Shown here: in pieces, positions 54,050 to 63,319 of the stretch | Numbering within the stretch: the first letter of the stretch is position 1 | Layout of the letters: the number at the start of each line of letters is the position of its first letter | Virus record (IMG/VR): IMGVR_UViG_3300042923_000281 | Coordinates: 62,001 to 126,000 of that record | DNA: 64,000 bases | Strand: one strand, 5' to 3' | The notes under the pieces: generated by a model | Seen by the model: only the letters and a program-made list of their open reading frames with translations | What the model was told of the DNA's origin: nothing | The model's database searches: none | Position numbers and translations under genes: made by a program

Positions 54050-55315
54050 TTAGTTAGCCTGGCCAGCAGCCGGATGGTGCTTGCTGGACAGCATGGCTTC
54101 GCGGTTGGCGAATTCAGTGGCGTTTTCACCACCCGCAACGGGACCCTCGCTCAGGTAGCGACCGATCCCAGCAGACTTCTTTTCGCCGTAGGTCTCCGTC
54201 GGGGCGAGGTTGATGGTTGGGGTGTTGTACTCGAACCCGTAACTCAACGTGATGTTGAACTTGCGATGACCTTGGTAGCTTACGACACGAGTGCCTTCGG
54301 ATTCTTCCAGGGCTTCGATGTGCAACTGAGCTTCTTTCAACATCGGGTCCGGGTTGGAGTCGATTGACAGGAAGCTGGTGTTGCCAGACTTGCGGGTCTC
54401 GGTGATGCGGACGGTCAGGTCGCTGCGGCTGTGGCGGTGCGAGTAGACCTGATAGCCGAAGCCTTCAAACTCTTCAGGAGTGTCCACCACTTCCACACGA
54501 GAGACGAACCACTGCATGCGCGGGAAATCCGGTACGTTGAGGATCTCGCACATGTCGGCCACTTCGATGGCATCTTTGCAGCCCGCCGACTCACGGATAA
54601 CGCAGAGCAGGGAGTCGAAGTTCAGCTTGCCGCTTTCACGCTTCACGTACGCTTCGAACGCCTTGTGCAGATGTTCAGAGACCTGCATCTTGGCCATGAT
54701 GTCATGGAGGGTTTCCAGGTCAATCATGGTGCCGAAGCCGATGTTGTAACGGAAACGCTGAGGACGGTTGACCAGGTAGTCGGAGAACTCTTCCGCCTCG
54801 TTGCCAGTGATGACGAACATTACGCCCAGGAACGACGTGTCGCTGAACAGTGGCAGCAGACGCTCACGTTCGACCTTCTCGCTGTAGGTCTTACCGAACT
54901 CGTCGAAGTACACCATGCAAGGGCCGATGGCCTTGATGATGATGCTCAACTCTTCAGCACCCATGGCCTCAGTGACCATGATGACCGGCAGGTCTTGCGC
55001 GATCATCCAGTTACCCAGTTCTTCTGCCAGCAGGCTCTTACCCGAACCCTTCATGCCGTGCAGCAGGACGCCGTTGCTCTTACCGAAGCGGTCATAGCTG
55101 GCGGTGATCTGCTTAACGCGGGCATTGTGTTTACCAAAGCGCAGCTGAGGCAGTACGAAGGTCGGGCGGTCCTTGGTCATGATGATGCCGATACGACCGA
55201 TGGACGCCTTGTACACCATGGCCGGCACGTGGTCGATGAGGTTGGACTCATCGTTCATGCGAATGACCATGTGGTTGTCGAAGTTGTTGATGCTGATAGA
55301 AGCTTTGCGATCCAT
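54050..55315 (-). CDS. AAA+ ATPase
   Basis: GMKGSGKS Walker A, VYFDEFGK Walker B, ITGN sensor 1, NRPQRFRY arginine-finger region. Confidence 0.85.
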   Translation of the reverse strand: MDRKASISINNFDNHMVIRMNDESNLIDHVPAMVYKASIGRIGIIMTKDRPTFVLPQLRFGKHNARVKQITASYDRFGKSNGVLLHGMKGSGKSLLAEELGNWMIAQDLPVIMVTEAMGAEELSIIIKAIGPCMVYFDEFGKTYSEKVERERLLPLFSDTSFLGVMFVITGNEAEEFSDYLVNRPQRFRYNIGFGTMIDLETLHDIMAKMQVSEHLHKAFEAYVKRESGKLNFDSLLCVIRESAGCKDAIEVADMCEILNVPDFPRMQWFVSRVEVVDTPEEFEGFGYQVYSHRHSRSDLTVRITETRKSGNTSFLSIDSNPDPMLKEAQLHIEALEESEGTRVVSYQGHRKFNITLSYGFEYNTPTINLAPTETYGEKKSAGIGRYLSEGPVAGGENATEFANREAMLSSKHHPAAGQAN

Positions 55316-55367
55316 GAGGTAAATCCTTGGTGAATTTCGAAATGAATGTACGAAGGTAAAGCGCCGA

Positions 55368-56150
55368 TTACTCGGCGTTTACGCGGGCGGTCTCTGCGAT
55401 GGATTCGGCAATCAAGAACGCGAGGTACACGCCCTTGAGTTGCAGCCAGCCGTGGTAGACAGAACCGCCGTGTTCAGTGAAGCCTGCTGCGTCAACGATG
55501 TAACCGATGAACAGCATGGCATTGCCCAGCAGGCCATTGTCGTACGTGGTCGAGTCCAGGGCTGCTTTACGGGCCTCTTCAGTGACGATGATCGGGTGGT
55601 TGCGCTGAGTGTCGAGGAAACGACCCAGTGCCACAACAGCACCAGCGTTATCGCCACAACCACACGCACCACCACCGTCCTTCGGCATAACGAGGTTCAG
55701 GATCACGGAGTCAATGTCACCGTGCCAGCATTCGTCGTCCACTGGAGTCCAGTTCTTGCCATCGGCGTCATCCAGCGTTCCGCCATCAATGCCCACGGTC
55801 GACCAGTCCAACATCAGACCGCAGAAGTGCGCCACAGTCGGGTTGACGTAGAAGCGGTTGCACTTGTCGCGAGTGACGACTTCCAGTTCAGAGTCGATGT
55901 AGCCGAAGGCGTCTTGCGCTTTCTTGGTGTACAGGACTTCGAACTCGGTGAACGCTGCATCAGCCGCATCGAACTTCTCTTTGTTCAGGTACGCCAGCTT
56001 CCAGTCGCCGGGCATATCGAGGAACGTGAAGTTGTCAGTGAGCTGAGGGATGGTCTCGTCGGTCTTGTGCATCACGACGAACGCAGTCAACAGTTTGCCT
56101 GGAGTGGCAGTTACGTCAGAAGAAGCAGACATGATAGCTTTGTTATCCAT
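55368..56150 (-). CDS. Hypothetical protein
   Basis: 260 aa, AGGA RBS; C-terminal EHGGSV..GWL..KG motif. Confidence 0.75.
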   Translation of the reverse strand: MDNKAIMSASSDVTATPGKLLTAFVVMHKTDETIPQLTDNFTFLDMPGDWKLAYLNKEKFDAADAAFTEFEVLYTKKAQDAFGYIDSELEVVTRDKCNRFYVNPTVAHFCGLMLDWSTVGIDGGTLDDADGKNWTPVDDECWHGDIDSVILNLVMPKDGGGACGCGDNAGAVVALGRFLDTQRNHPIIVTEEARKAALDSTTYDNGLLGNAMLFIGYIVDAAGFTEHGGSVYHGWLQLKGVYLAFLIAESIAETARVNAE

Positions 56151-56177
56151 GGTGAGGTTCCTGGGTGTATGTGCGGG

Positions 56178-56603
56178 TTAAAGGGTAGAGTTGTGCAAGT
56201 CAACCAAGATGTCGGTCAACTTCTCGAACGCATCGGCCAGAATGCTCATCGGGACTTCGTCGTGTCCAAAGATGGTCAAGCTGCCCTTTTCAGGTTCGGC
56301 GTAGATTGGCACTACCAAGATGAACCGGTTAAGGCCATCCGGGCAAGCGTCGTAGTTCTGAATCACAGCCAGTACCACATGACCGAGTTTCACGTACATC
56401 GTGCCAGACGCGCCCATCATCTCCGTTTCGTAACGGATTACAGGCTTGTGTACCGAGATGTTCCATTGACGGAACAGCTCAATAAAAGAGTGGCTGGTCA
56501 GGACACTGTGGTCCGTTTCCTTGCCAGTGGTGATGGTGAGTTGACCACGGAGTTCGCGTTCAATCAACTGGGTGAATTGCTTTGCCAGCTTCTGGAGTTT
56601 CAT
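56178..56603 (-). CDS. Hypothetical protein, probably early
   Basis: Start MKLQKL, AGGGG RBS, after promoter copy 6. Confidence 0.7.
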   Translation of the reverse strand: MKLQKLAKQFTQLIERELRGQLTITTGKETDHSVLTSHSFIELFRQWNISVHKPVIRYETEMMGASGTMYVKLGHVVLAVIQNYDACPDGLNRFILVVPIYAEPEKGSLTIFGHDEVPMSILADAFEKLTDILVDLHNSTL

Positions 56604-56636
56604 AGTGTCCCCTATGTAGGTGTATACACGTGAATG

Positions 56637-56663
56637 ATGTAGGGTCACAAACTTTTTGAATCG
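56637..56663 (-). promoter_or_regulatory. Bipartite phage promoter motif, copy 6 (CGATTCAAA-N10-CCCTACAT)
   Basis: Upstream box and spacing conserved; core variant. Confidence 0.6.
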
Positions 56664-56703
56664 GCATAAAGCGGTGAGGGGTTGGCCCCCTCACCACCTA
56701 TGT
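56662..56703 (-). terminator. Terminator abutting promoter copy 6
   Basis: GGTGAGGGG/CCCCTCACC stem; TTTATGCCG tail. Confidence 0.7.
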
Positions 56704-56707
56704 TGCT

Positions 56708-56959
56708 TTACTCGGCCGCTGCTTCAGCAACCGGCTCGAACGACCAGCTTTCAGCCAATTGCTTGGCCAGATCGCGGGTCACGCTGTTCGGCGCACCGTC
56801 AACGGTTTCGATGGCAGTGTCGACGATGGTCAACGTGCCTTGGATCGCGAAGTTGATGGCTTCAGCCTTGTCTTCGATGGCAATCGCATCGCGGCGAATG
56901 TCGTTCAGGCAGGTCACAGCGTCTTTGCGAGCTTGTTCAGCAGATACAGTCGTGGACAT
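56708..56959 (-). CDS. Hypothetical helical protein
   Basis: 83 aa, AGGAG RBS. Confidence 0.75.
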   Translation of the reverse strand: MSTTVSAEQARKDAVTCLNDIRRDAIAIEDKAEAINFAIQGTLTIVDTAIETVDGAPNSVTRDLAKQLAESWSFEPVAEAAAE

Positions 56960-56985
56960 CAGTGTTACTCCTAATGGTGCAGCGG

Positions 56986-58110
56986 TTATTGTGCGAACGC
57001 ATCGCCGGCATTGGCAGCCAGCTCAGCCAGTTGCGAAGCGAGGTCGCCCTGTGGCTGATTCATTTGCGGTTGTTCGGTGAAACACTTGTCACGCAGGACA
57101 GCTTCCAGACCTTCCATGTGTTCGGTCAGGTAACGGGTCCATGGCTCGCAACGGCTGGCCATTTCGATGACTTCAGCGCTGGTCTTCCAACCAACGGTGG
57201 TGTACTTCTCTTCCAGCACCTTGAAGTCCATGTCTTCTTTGACACGGAACACGGCGATCACGCCCAGGTGGGTGTTGCCGACGAAGCCAGGCTTCTTCAT
57301 GTCACGGTCGGACACGAAGCCGCACGGTACGACGTTGCTGTTCAGTTCAGCTGGGGTTTCAGGACGGATCGGTGGCTTGCCGGTGATCAGTTGGAAGACC
57401 TGAGACACGGTGGTGCCTTCCAGTACGTAGAACGCGCCAGCAGCCGGGTTGATGGCATCACGACGCAGAACGAATTCAGCCGCCGGGATCATGGCGTCTT
57501 TCTTCAGCTCTTCGGTCAGTTCTTCAACGACCACAACCGACAGGCCTTCAGGCAGACCCAGACCCTGACACAGTACGGCCAGTTGCTCTTCGTCAGTCAG
57601 TGGACGCTCTTTGTCAGCAGCAGTGGAGAACGCCACTTCTTCGGACAGTTCACGAACGCCGGAGGTCAGGGTGGTGTAGAAGCTCGATGGCACTTCTTCA
57701 GCCGCGATGACCGTGCCTTCCTGAGGACCGGCGATGTAGTGAGGAGTCAGGTCACGGAATTCCAGGTGACCGCCGAAGCCGATGGAAAAGCCATCTTTCA
57801 GTTGAGCTTCAGCACCTGCCGCACGCTGGTACATGGCCCAGTAAGCGGTGTCGCCGACGATCTTGCCAGCCAGGGTGTAGAGGATCAGTTGACGCACGTT
57901 TTCCAGCTTGTCGATCAGGGAACGACGCATGCCGACGAAACCTTCGTCCATCTGCATCATCAGTTCGGAGATCTCGTTAGGCTCGTACAGGCGTGCATCA
58001 CCTGCCATGTTGCCGACCAGGTTGTTCGGTACGAACTCAGGCAAGATGCCGAAGGTCATTTCGTCACGTTTGGTGCGCTCGTACAGTTTCGGCAGTTGTG
58101 GCTGGGACAT
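56986..58110 (-). CDS. Nudix-family hydrolase (COG4112-like phosphoesterase)
   Basis: RQLILY, YQR, SIGFGGH, RELSEEV and HLGV motifs. Confidence 0.7.
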   Translation of the reverse strand: MSQPQLPKLYERTKRDEMTFGILPEFVPNNLVGNMAGDARLYEPNEISELMMQMDEGFVGMRRSLIDKLENVRQLILYTLAGKIVGDTAYWAMYQRAAGAEAQLKDGFSIGFGGHLEFRDLTPHYIAGPQEGTVIAAEEVPSSFYTTLTSGVRELSEEVAFSTAADKERPLTDEEQLAVLCQGLGLPEGLSVVVVEELTEELKKDAMIPAAEFVLRRDAINPAAGAFYVLEGTTVSQVFQLITGKPPIRPETPAELNSNVVPCGFVSDRDMKKPGFVGNTHLGVIAVFRVKEDMDFKVLEEKYTTVGWKTSAEVIEMASRCEPWTRYLTEHMEGLEAVLRDKCFTEQPQMNQPQGDLASQLAELAANAGDAFAQ

Positions 58111-58170
58111 GGTGTAACTCCTAATGGACAACGAAAGGGTGAAAGGGGTGAGTTGCCCCACCCCTAAGGT

Positions 58171-60054
58171 TTAGATCGACAGTTGAGCCGTCGCGGCCGA
58201 AGGCGCTACAGGAGCCACTTCAGGTTCAGCAACAGCGTTGCGCTCACGGATCACTGGCTTGCCAGCGACTTGAGGTTTGATGCGGTAGCCCGTACCGTCC
58301 ACAACGAAGCGGACGTCTTTGGCACCGAACAGCACTTGACCCGCCGCGTTCAGACGAGCATGCAGCACGATCTTCACTTCGCCCGTTTGGTTCGGGTGAC
58401 GAGGACCGAAGGTCAGGCCGATAGCCTGTTGACCTTCACAGCGCGGCAGTTGCGTTTCACGCGAGTAGTCTTCGATCGCACGACGGTGTTCGTACAGTTC
58501 GTTCTTGATACCGTCAGCCATCAGCGCCGGGTGAGGGGCGTACGGCATGGCGATACCATGGAACCAGAACATGATCGCTTCGTTATCGGTGTCATCGTTG
58601 TGGTAACCCACGACAGACGACGTCGACAGCGACAGGACCGGCAGGATGATCCGACCGTTCTGGGATACCGACTTGTCCGAGAGCAGTTCATGAGCCCGGA
58701 AGTTCTGGTTGTAGGTCCATGGGATGAACGGAGCACGACGCTCAGCCACGTCCCACTTGAAGATCGGCTTGGCGTCCATGTTCGCCATGACGTTCAGAAG
58801 CGAAGGCTTCCAGCTCATGTCGGTCATGTCCACGCCCAGGGCATCGACGTGTTTCAGCACTTCGTTGAAGAAGTACGCGATGTCCATGGTGATCGGTGCT
58901 TTGATCTGTTCCACTTCCACGCCCTTACGAGAGGCGAATTCGGTGAAGTCAGTCTGCGCCGACATCGGCTTGCCTTCGATCCAAGTCCAACGGTCCTTGG
59001 CTACCCACAGCGCTGGGATTTCCTTCTCAGAAGCTTCACGCTGCTGGAGGGAAGGCAGCCAGTCGTTGTCTTTCAGGAAGTTGGCCGTGCGTTCCAGTTG
59101 ACCCGACGATGCCGGGGCTTTGGTACGACGGTAGTTCACAGACGAGGTCTGCGACTTCCAGAAGGACACCAGACCCATTTCGTGAGCTTTGGTGCGGTGT
59201 TGCAGTTTCATCAGCTTCGCCGCTTCGAGCAGCAGCTTGCCCAGCATGGAGTTACGCAGTGCCGCCAACGCGCGGTGTTTCACGGCGAAGACCCAGATCT
59301 GGTTGACCAGGATGGTTTCTTTCTGGTAATCGTTGGCCGAGGTGTACGACACCAGCGACTGAGCGACTTGCAGATTGGCCAGCAGGTCAGCAAACGACTT
59401 GATCGTGGCTTCGCTGTTTTCCAGATGATCCAGGGTACGGGCTTGGAACATCTGCTCGACCCACATCACGGTTGGAAGGTCGACTTCCTTGGTGATCTTG
59501 ATCAGCGAGTTGACACGGTCAGCTGTCTTGTGGAACTCGTCGAACGAGATCTCACGGTCCAGGCCAGCGTAGCGGTGACGCAGGTAGTTCGGCTGGATGA
59601 AGTAGTGCTGCCAGGTCTGCTCACCGTCTTCCGACTTGGTGATGTTCTGGTAGTTCTTGTACGGGCCTTCCGGGTTGAACAGCGTAGTGACACGCCCTTC
59701 TTCCACGAAACGCTTCATCAGCGTGACCACTTCCTTGAAGAAAGGATCGGTGACGACCTTCGGGTTCCAGAACACCGATTCCAGACCTTGTTCGCCTTCG
59801 ACCACCAAGTGGCCAACGCGCGACATGAAGCGTGCACACTGCGAGCAGTTGTAATGCTGCACGATTTCACGGATGTGGTCTGGGTAGGCTGCCTTGGCAA
59901 CCTTCTCGATGGACTTGATGTAGAAGTTCATCAGCTTCTTGCGCTGCTGGGTAGCGAAGATCGCACCGGCGCCTGGGGCCAGTTTCGATTGCGCAGCGAT
60001 TTGAAGTTGGTCGAGCGATTCGTGGTACTTGAAAGCTTCAGCAACTTGAGGCAT
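58171..60054 (-). CDS. Large conserved phage hypothetical protein with HYNCxxC motif
   Basis: 627 aa, strong codon bias. Confidence 0.8.
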   Translation of the reverse strand: MPQVAEAFKYHESLDQLQIAAQSKLAPGAGAIFATQQRKKLMNFYIKSIEKVAKAAYPDHIREIVQHYNCSQCARFMSRVGHLVVEGEQGLESVFWNPKVVTDPFFKEVVTLMKRFVEEGRVTTLFNPEGPYKNYQNITKSEDGEQTWQHYFIQPNYLRHRYAGLDREISFDEFHKTADRVNSLIKITKEVDLPTVMWVEQMFQARTLDHLENSEATIKSFADLLANLQVAQSLVSYTSANDYQKETILVNQIWVFAVKHRALAALRNSMLGKLLLEAAKLMKLQHRTKAHEMGLVSFWKSQTSSVNYRRTKAPASSGQLERTANFLKDNDWLPSLQQREASEKEIPALWVAKDRWTWIEGKPMSAQTDFTEFASRKGVEVEQIKAPITMDIAYFFNEVLKHVDALGVDMTDMSWKPSLLNVMANMDAKPIFKWDVAERRAPFIPWTYNQNFRAHELLSDKSVSQNGRIILPVLSLSTSSVVGYHNDDTDNEAIMFWFHGIAMPYAPHPALMADGIKNELYEHRRAIEDYSRETQLPRCEGQQAIGLTFGPRHPNQTGEVKIVLHARLNAAGQVLFGAKDVRFVVDGTGYRIKPQVAGKPVIRERNAVAEPEVAPVAPSAATAQLSI

Positions 60055-60085
60055 GGAATCTTCCTTTGGTTACGAAATAGATGGG

Positions 60086-60445
60086 TTACTGGACTGTTTC
60101 GAGGGTAGAGGTTCTGTCTACCAACGTCTGCGCGTTGAAGTCAAGAACCCAGAACACCTGTACTACAGCGTGGATGGCGATGTCGGAGGCCGCTTCCTTG
60201 TCACCCATGTCGAGGATGTTGAGGAGCCACACGCCCTCGGGGAGGGCTTCGGCGTCACTGCTCAGCAGCGAAGCATCGTTGGACAGGCGAGTCACCAGCC
60301 CACGACGACGGCCGCGCTTAGCAACCAGTTCGCTGAGAGCGTTGTCCAGTTTCTCACGGAACTCTGGATAGATCGCAGGACACTGTTTGCGCACCATTTC
60401 AAAGATGGCGTAGATGTCGTACTGCGTAGTGGGAGTCGTTTCCAC
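60086..60445 (-). CDS. Hypothetical protein
   Basis: GTG start with AGGAG RBS. Confidence 0.7.
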   Translation of the reverse strand: METTPTTQYDIYAIFEMVRKQCPAIYPEFREKLDNALSELVAKRGRRRGLVTRLSNDASLLSSDAEALPEGVWLLNILDMGDKEAASDIAIHAVVQVFWVLDFNAQTLVDRTSTLETVQ

Positions 60446-60455
60446 GGTGTTACTC

Positions 60456-60728
60456 CTATTTGCCGTTTCCGGCACGATCGTAGTAGCGTTGGAGTTTGGC
60501 GTACAGTGCGGCTTTACTGCGAGTCAAGCCTTTACTGATCCCTTTCGGGGATTTGTTCTGCGGGTTCCAGAACACATCACGCAGGTTGGTGTGGGTGAGC
60601 AGGATCTGCACCATGTAGGTGTCGAACAACCGGCGCTTTGGATTCCAGTGAGACTTGTCGGCCTTCAACTGCTCAATCCCTTCCGTCCCAACGTACTGGA
60701 AGTGTTTCTTACCGAGTCGTCTGCACAT
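60456..60728 (-). CDS. Hypothetical basic protein
   Basis: 90 aa, coupled to the Nudix gene stop. Confidence 0.65.
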   Translation of the reverse strand: MCRRLGKKHFQYVGTEGIEQLKADKSHWNPKRRLFDTYMVQILLTHTNLRDVFWNPQNKSPKGISKGLTRSKAALYAKLQRYYDRAGNGK

Positions 60729-61204
60729 CAGTCAGGCCTCAACCGGGTCATGCCTTCGTTTGCCTTGAGGCTCACGTAGACTTTCTCCATGTAGTTCTTG
60801 AACGGCAGGAACAGAGGCTCAGGCAGTTCGGCCAGATCGTACCAGTCCCAGCCTTCGCACTTTTCAGGCTCAAGGTTCTGGGCTTCACCTTCGTTGAAAC
60901 GAGACGCCACGAAGAGGGTAGCGTAATGCTTGCCTTCCTCTTCGAAGTGATCGTTGGTGTACCCGGCTTGGAAGATCGGATCATGGACAACGATCCCGGT
61001 CTCTTCCAAGACTTCACGCTTGGCACACGTGCCGACCGTTTCACCGAACTCCAGACCGCCACCTGGAACAGAATAGGTGCCAGCACCATGACTGCCTTTG
61101 CGTTTACCCATCAAGATCTTGGTACCGCGCATGAGGATCACCCCCACGCCTACACGAACATTCTGCTGAACGTCCGCTACACCCACATCCGACTTCTCAA
61201 CCAT
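60728..61204 (-). CDS. MutT/NUDT15-like Nudix hydrolase
   Basis: VGVGV..., PGG.LE.GE....CA.REV.EETG Nudix box, EPEKC..W.W. Confidence 0.9.
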   Translation of the reverse strand: MVEKSDVGVADVQQNVRVGVGVILMRGTKILMGKRKGSHGAGTYSVPGGGLEFGETVGTCAKREVLEETGIVVHDPIFQAGYTNDHFEEEGKHYATLFVASRFNEGEAQNLEPEKCEGWDWYDLAELPEPLFLPFKNYMEKVYVSLKANEGMTRLRPD

Positions 61205-61206
61205 TG

Positions 61207-61494
61207 TTACGTCCTTTTGATGACCGACGCGTCAAACACGCCTTTACAGACCAGACCGTGTACCTTGATACCGCGCGAGTTCTTCGCGACAAACGCGGTG
61301 CGATAAAGGTTGTTGCCACAGCCAGTGTACTGCCGTCCAGTGATATGGATGTCAGTGTAGCCTTCGTCTTCGAGGTGCCGAGTTGCACCGACGGGATCGG
61401 CATAGCCGACATCCACTGCGAACGCCACTGCTGCCAACACAGCCGCCACCATCAACTGTTGTGCCAAGAGGGCGTTGCTTTTCTTTCTAGCCAT
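61207..61494 (-). CDS. Small exported/membrane-anchored phage protein
   Basis: Hydrophobic N-terminus; L...GY..I.ITG..GC...F.A..G..V.G.VC pattern. Confidence 0.7.
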   Translation of the reverse strand: MARKKSNALLAQQLMVAAVLAAVAFAVDVGYADPVGATRHLEDEGYTDIHITGRQYTGCGNNLYRTAFVAKNSRGIKVHGLVCKGVFDASVIKRT

Positions 61495-61500
61495 GCTTGC

Positions 61501-62592
61501 TTACTCGTCTACGTTGCGAACTTGTTTCTTGGGAACCTTGACCGACGGCTGGAACTTCCAGCCAACGTTGTTGACGTGATCATTCTTCAACCCCATGCGG
61601 ATCTTTTCGTTGATCAGGCACAGGGAACCGTCACTGTTTTTGCTGATGAGGCCGCTGACTTCAATCGCCTGCTTCTTGAAGAAGGTACGCCATGCGGCTG
61701 GCAACTCGTGGCGGTTGATACGCAGATCGAAGGTGTCGCCGTCTTTGACCTTGTCCCAGAACGACTCGAAAGCTTTCTGGATCAGTAGTTCGGACTCACC
61801 AGTGGTGTGCAGAATCAGTTCCATCCCGTAATAGAAGTCAGCCACATTGGACGGACGACGGGCTTTACCAAAGATGCGTTCATCATCGGTCATTGGATCA
61901 GTGTACGCTGCAATGGTCAGGTGGTACGCCAGATCGGCACGACCGGCTTTGGTCAGGTGACCTTGCTGCTCGTTGAACCACTGAGGCAAGACACGTTTGA
62001 TCCACGGATGCAGCGCAATCTGCTGACGGATCTCTTCAGCGCGGTGATTGCCGAAGGTGTCCGTGAACAGCAACAGACGACGAGAGGCGTCTTCCATCTC
62101 CTCGGTCATGTTGTACGAGTCAGGCACGATGACGTGAGTCTTGCCGACCTTATCGAGATCACGCAACGAAGGAGGTAGGGAGTCGATCAGACAGAGGATC
62201 GTCGGATCGTCGTTAGCAGCGTATCGCAGCTTGTCCAACCATTCTTCGGCGGTAGGGAAGGGCGGGTTGTTCTCGATCAGCTTCTCCGCCATATCCACCG
62301 CAGCTTCGACTTCGATGCCGCCGGTGGTGTCCAACAGGTGCTCGTCCAGTGGATAGAGCATCATGCCGACCAGTACCTTGTTGTAGCGGACCAGTTGCTT
62401 GGAGCCATTCCCGTCAGCGTGCATAAGGACTTCGACGTGGCGACGCTCTGGCAGCGTGCTCAGGTTCTCGCCTTTTTGGATGGTCTCCAACAGCGCCTGC
62501 ATGGTGTTGGTTTCAAGTTTGATCGGGTCGCCAAAAGAGGCTTTGGTGTCACCCACCGAAACGGCAGGATAGAACAGGTTCTGTAACGACAT
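61501..62592 (-). CDS. Hypothetical protein
   Basis: 363 aa, phage codon bias. Confidence 0.8.
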   Translation of the reverse strand: MSLQNLFYPAVSVGDTKASFGDPIKLETNTMQALLETIQKGENLSTLPERRHVEVLMHADGNGSKQLVRYNKVLVGMMLYPLDEHLLDTTGGIEVEAAVDMAEKLIENNPPFPTAEEWLDKLRYAANDDPTILCLIDSLPPSLRDLDKVGKTHVIVPDSYNMTEEMEDASRRLLLFTDTFGNHRAEEIRQQIALHPWIKRVLPQWFNEQQGHLTKAGRADLAYHLTIAAYTDPMTDDERIFGKARRPSNVADFYYGMELILHTTGESELLIQKAFESFWDKVKDGDTFDLRINRHELPAAWRTFFKKQAIEVSGLISKNSDGSLCLINEKIRMGLKNDHVNNVGWKFQPSVKVPKKQVRNVDE

Positions 62593-62680
62593 GGTGAGAT
62601 CTCACTGGTAGACATAGATGTTGAAGGGTTCGTTTCTTTTGACATGCGGCATAAACGCCGCCCCGAAGGACGGCGTCGAA

Positions 62681-63160
62681 TCAGCGATAGGTATCGTAAC
62701 TCGGGTGCGTAAACGGCACGCTCTTCCTCGAGAGATCACCCAGCAATTCAGTGCGCTCCTTGCGTTCCAGCAAGTTGATTGCGAAACGAGCAAGTTTCAG
62801 CGGGGTGAGATCACCCTGCCGTTCAAAGATGTACCAGTTGTTGAGCTCGACCGCACGGAAGGCTCCTGGCAACGTGTTGTTGATGTACCCTTGCACGAGG
62901 GTGGCTTCTCGTTGGGTGACACCTTCAAGTGTGGCATCAAGGATCTGAAGTTCCTTCACGCGGGTAGGACGGTTGCGTGGAGCACCAGTCTTTTCCCACA
63001 GACGTTCCAATGCCTTCTCGTCTTTAACGCAGAGCCCCCGCTCTACATCAAACCTGACGAGCGCCATCCCTTGCTTAGCCGGAACTTCTCCCTTGACTAG
63101 AAACAGCTCATTACCCGGTTGCCCCAAGATCACCGGTACTACATATTTGCCTTTCGACAT
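62681..63160 (-). CDS. Hypothetical protein
   Basis: 159 aa, flanked by terminator hairpins. Confidence 0.75.
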   Translation of the reverse strand: MSKGKYVVPVILGQPGNELFLVKGEVPAKQGMALVRFDVERGLCVKDEKALERLWEKTGAPRNRPTRVKELQILDATLEGVTQREATLVQGYINNTLPGAFRAVELNNWYIFERQGDLTPLKLARFAINLLERKERTELLGDLSRKSVPFTHPSYDTYR

Positions 63161-63319
63161 GGAGAGTTATCCCTTAAAACTCAGCTCGACTCTTATTCTT
63201 CACGGTTATGTGTTGGCTTTATTGTCATGCTCGTGGATAATGTAGGGTCATTTAATGATGGAGTGGAATACCCCAATCATACAATGATGCGAAATAAAGG
63301 GAGGGCCGAAGCCCTCACC

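Noticed and set aside
63240-63266. Seventh copy of the bipartite promoter
   Set aside because: Core CCCTACAT is present, but the upstream TTCGAA/TTCAAA box is missing at the expected spacing.
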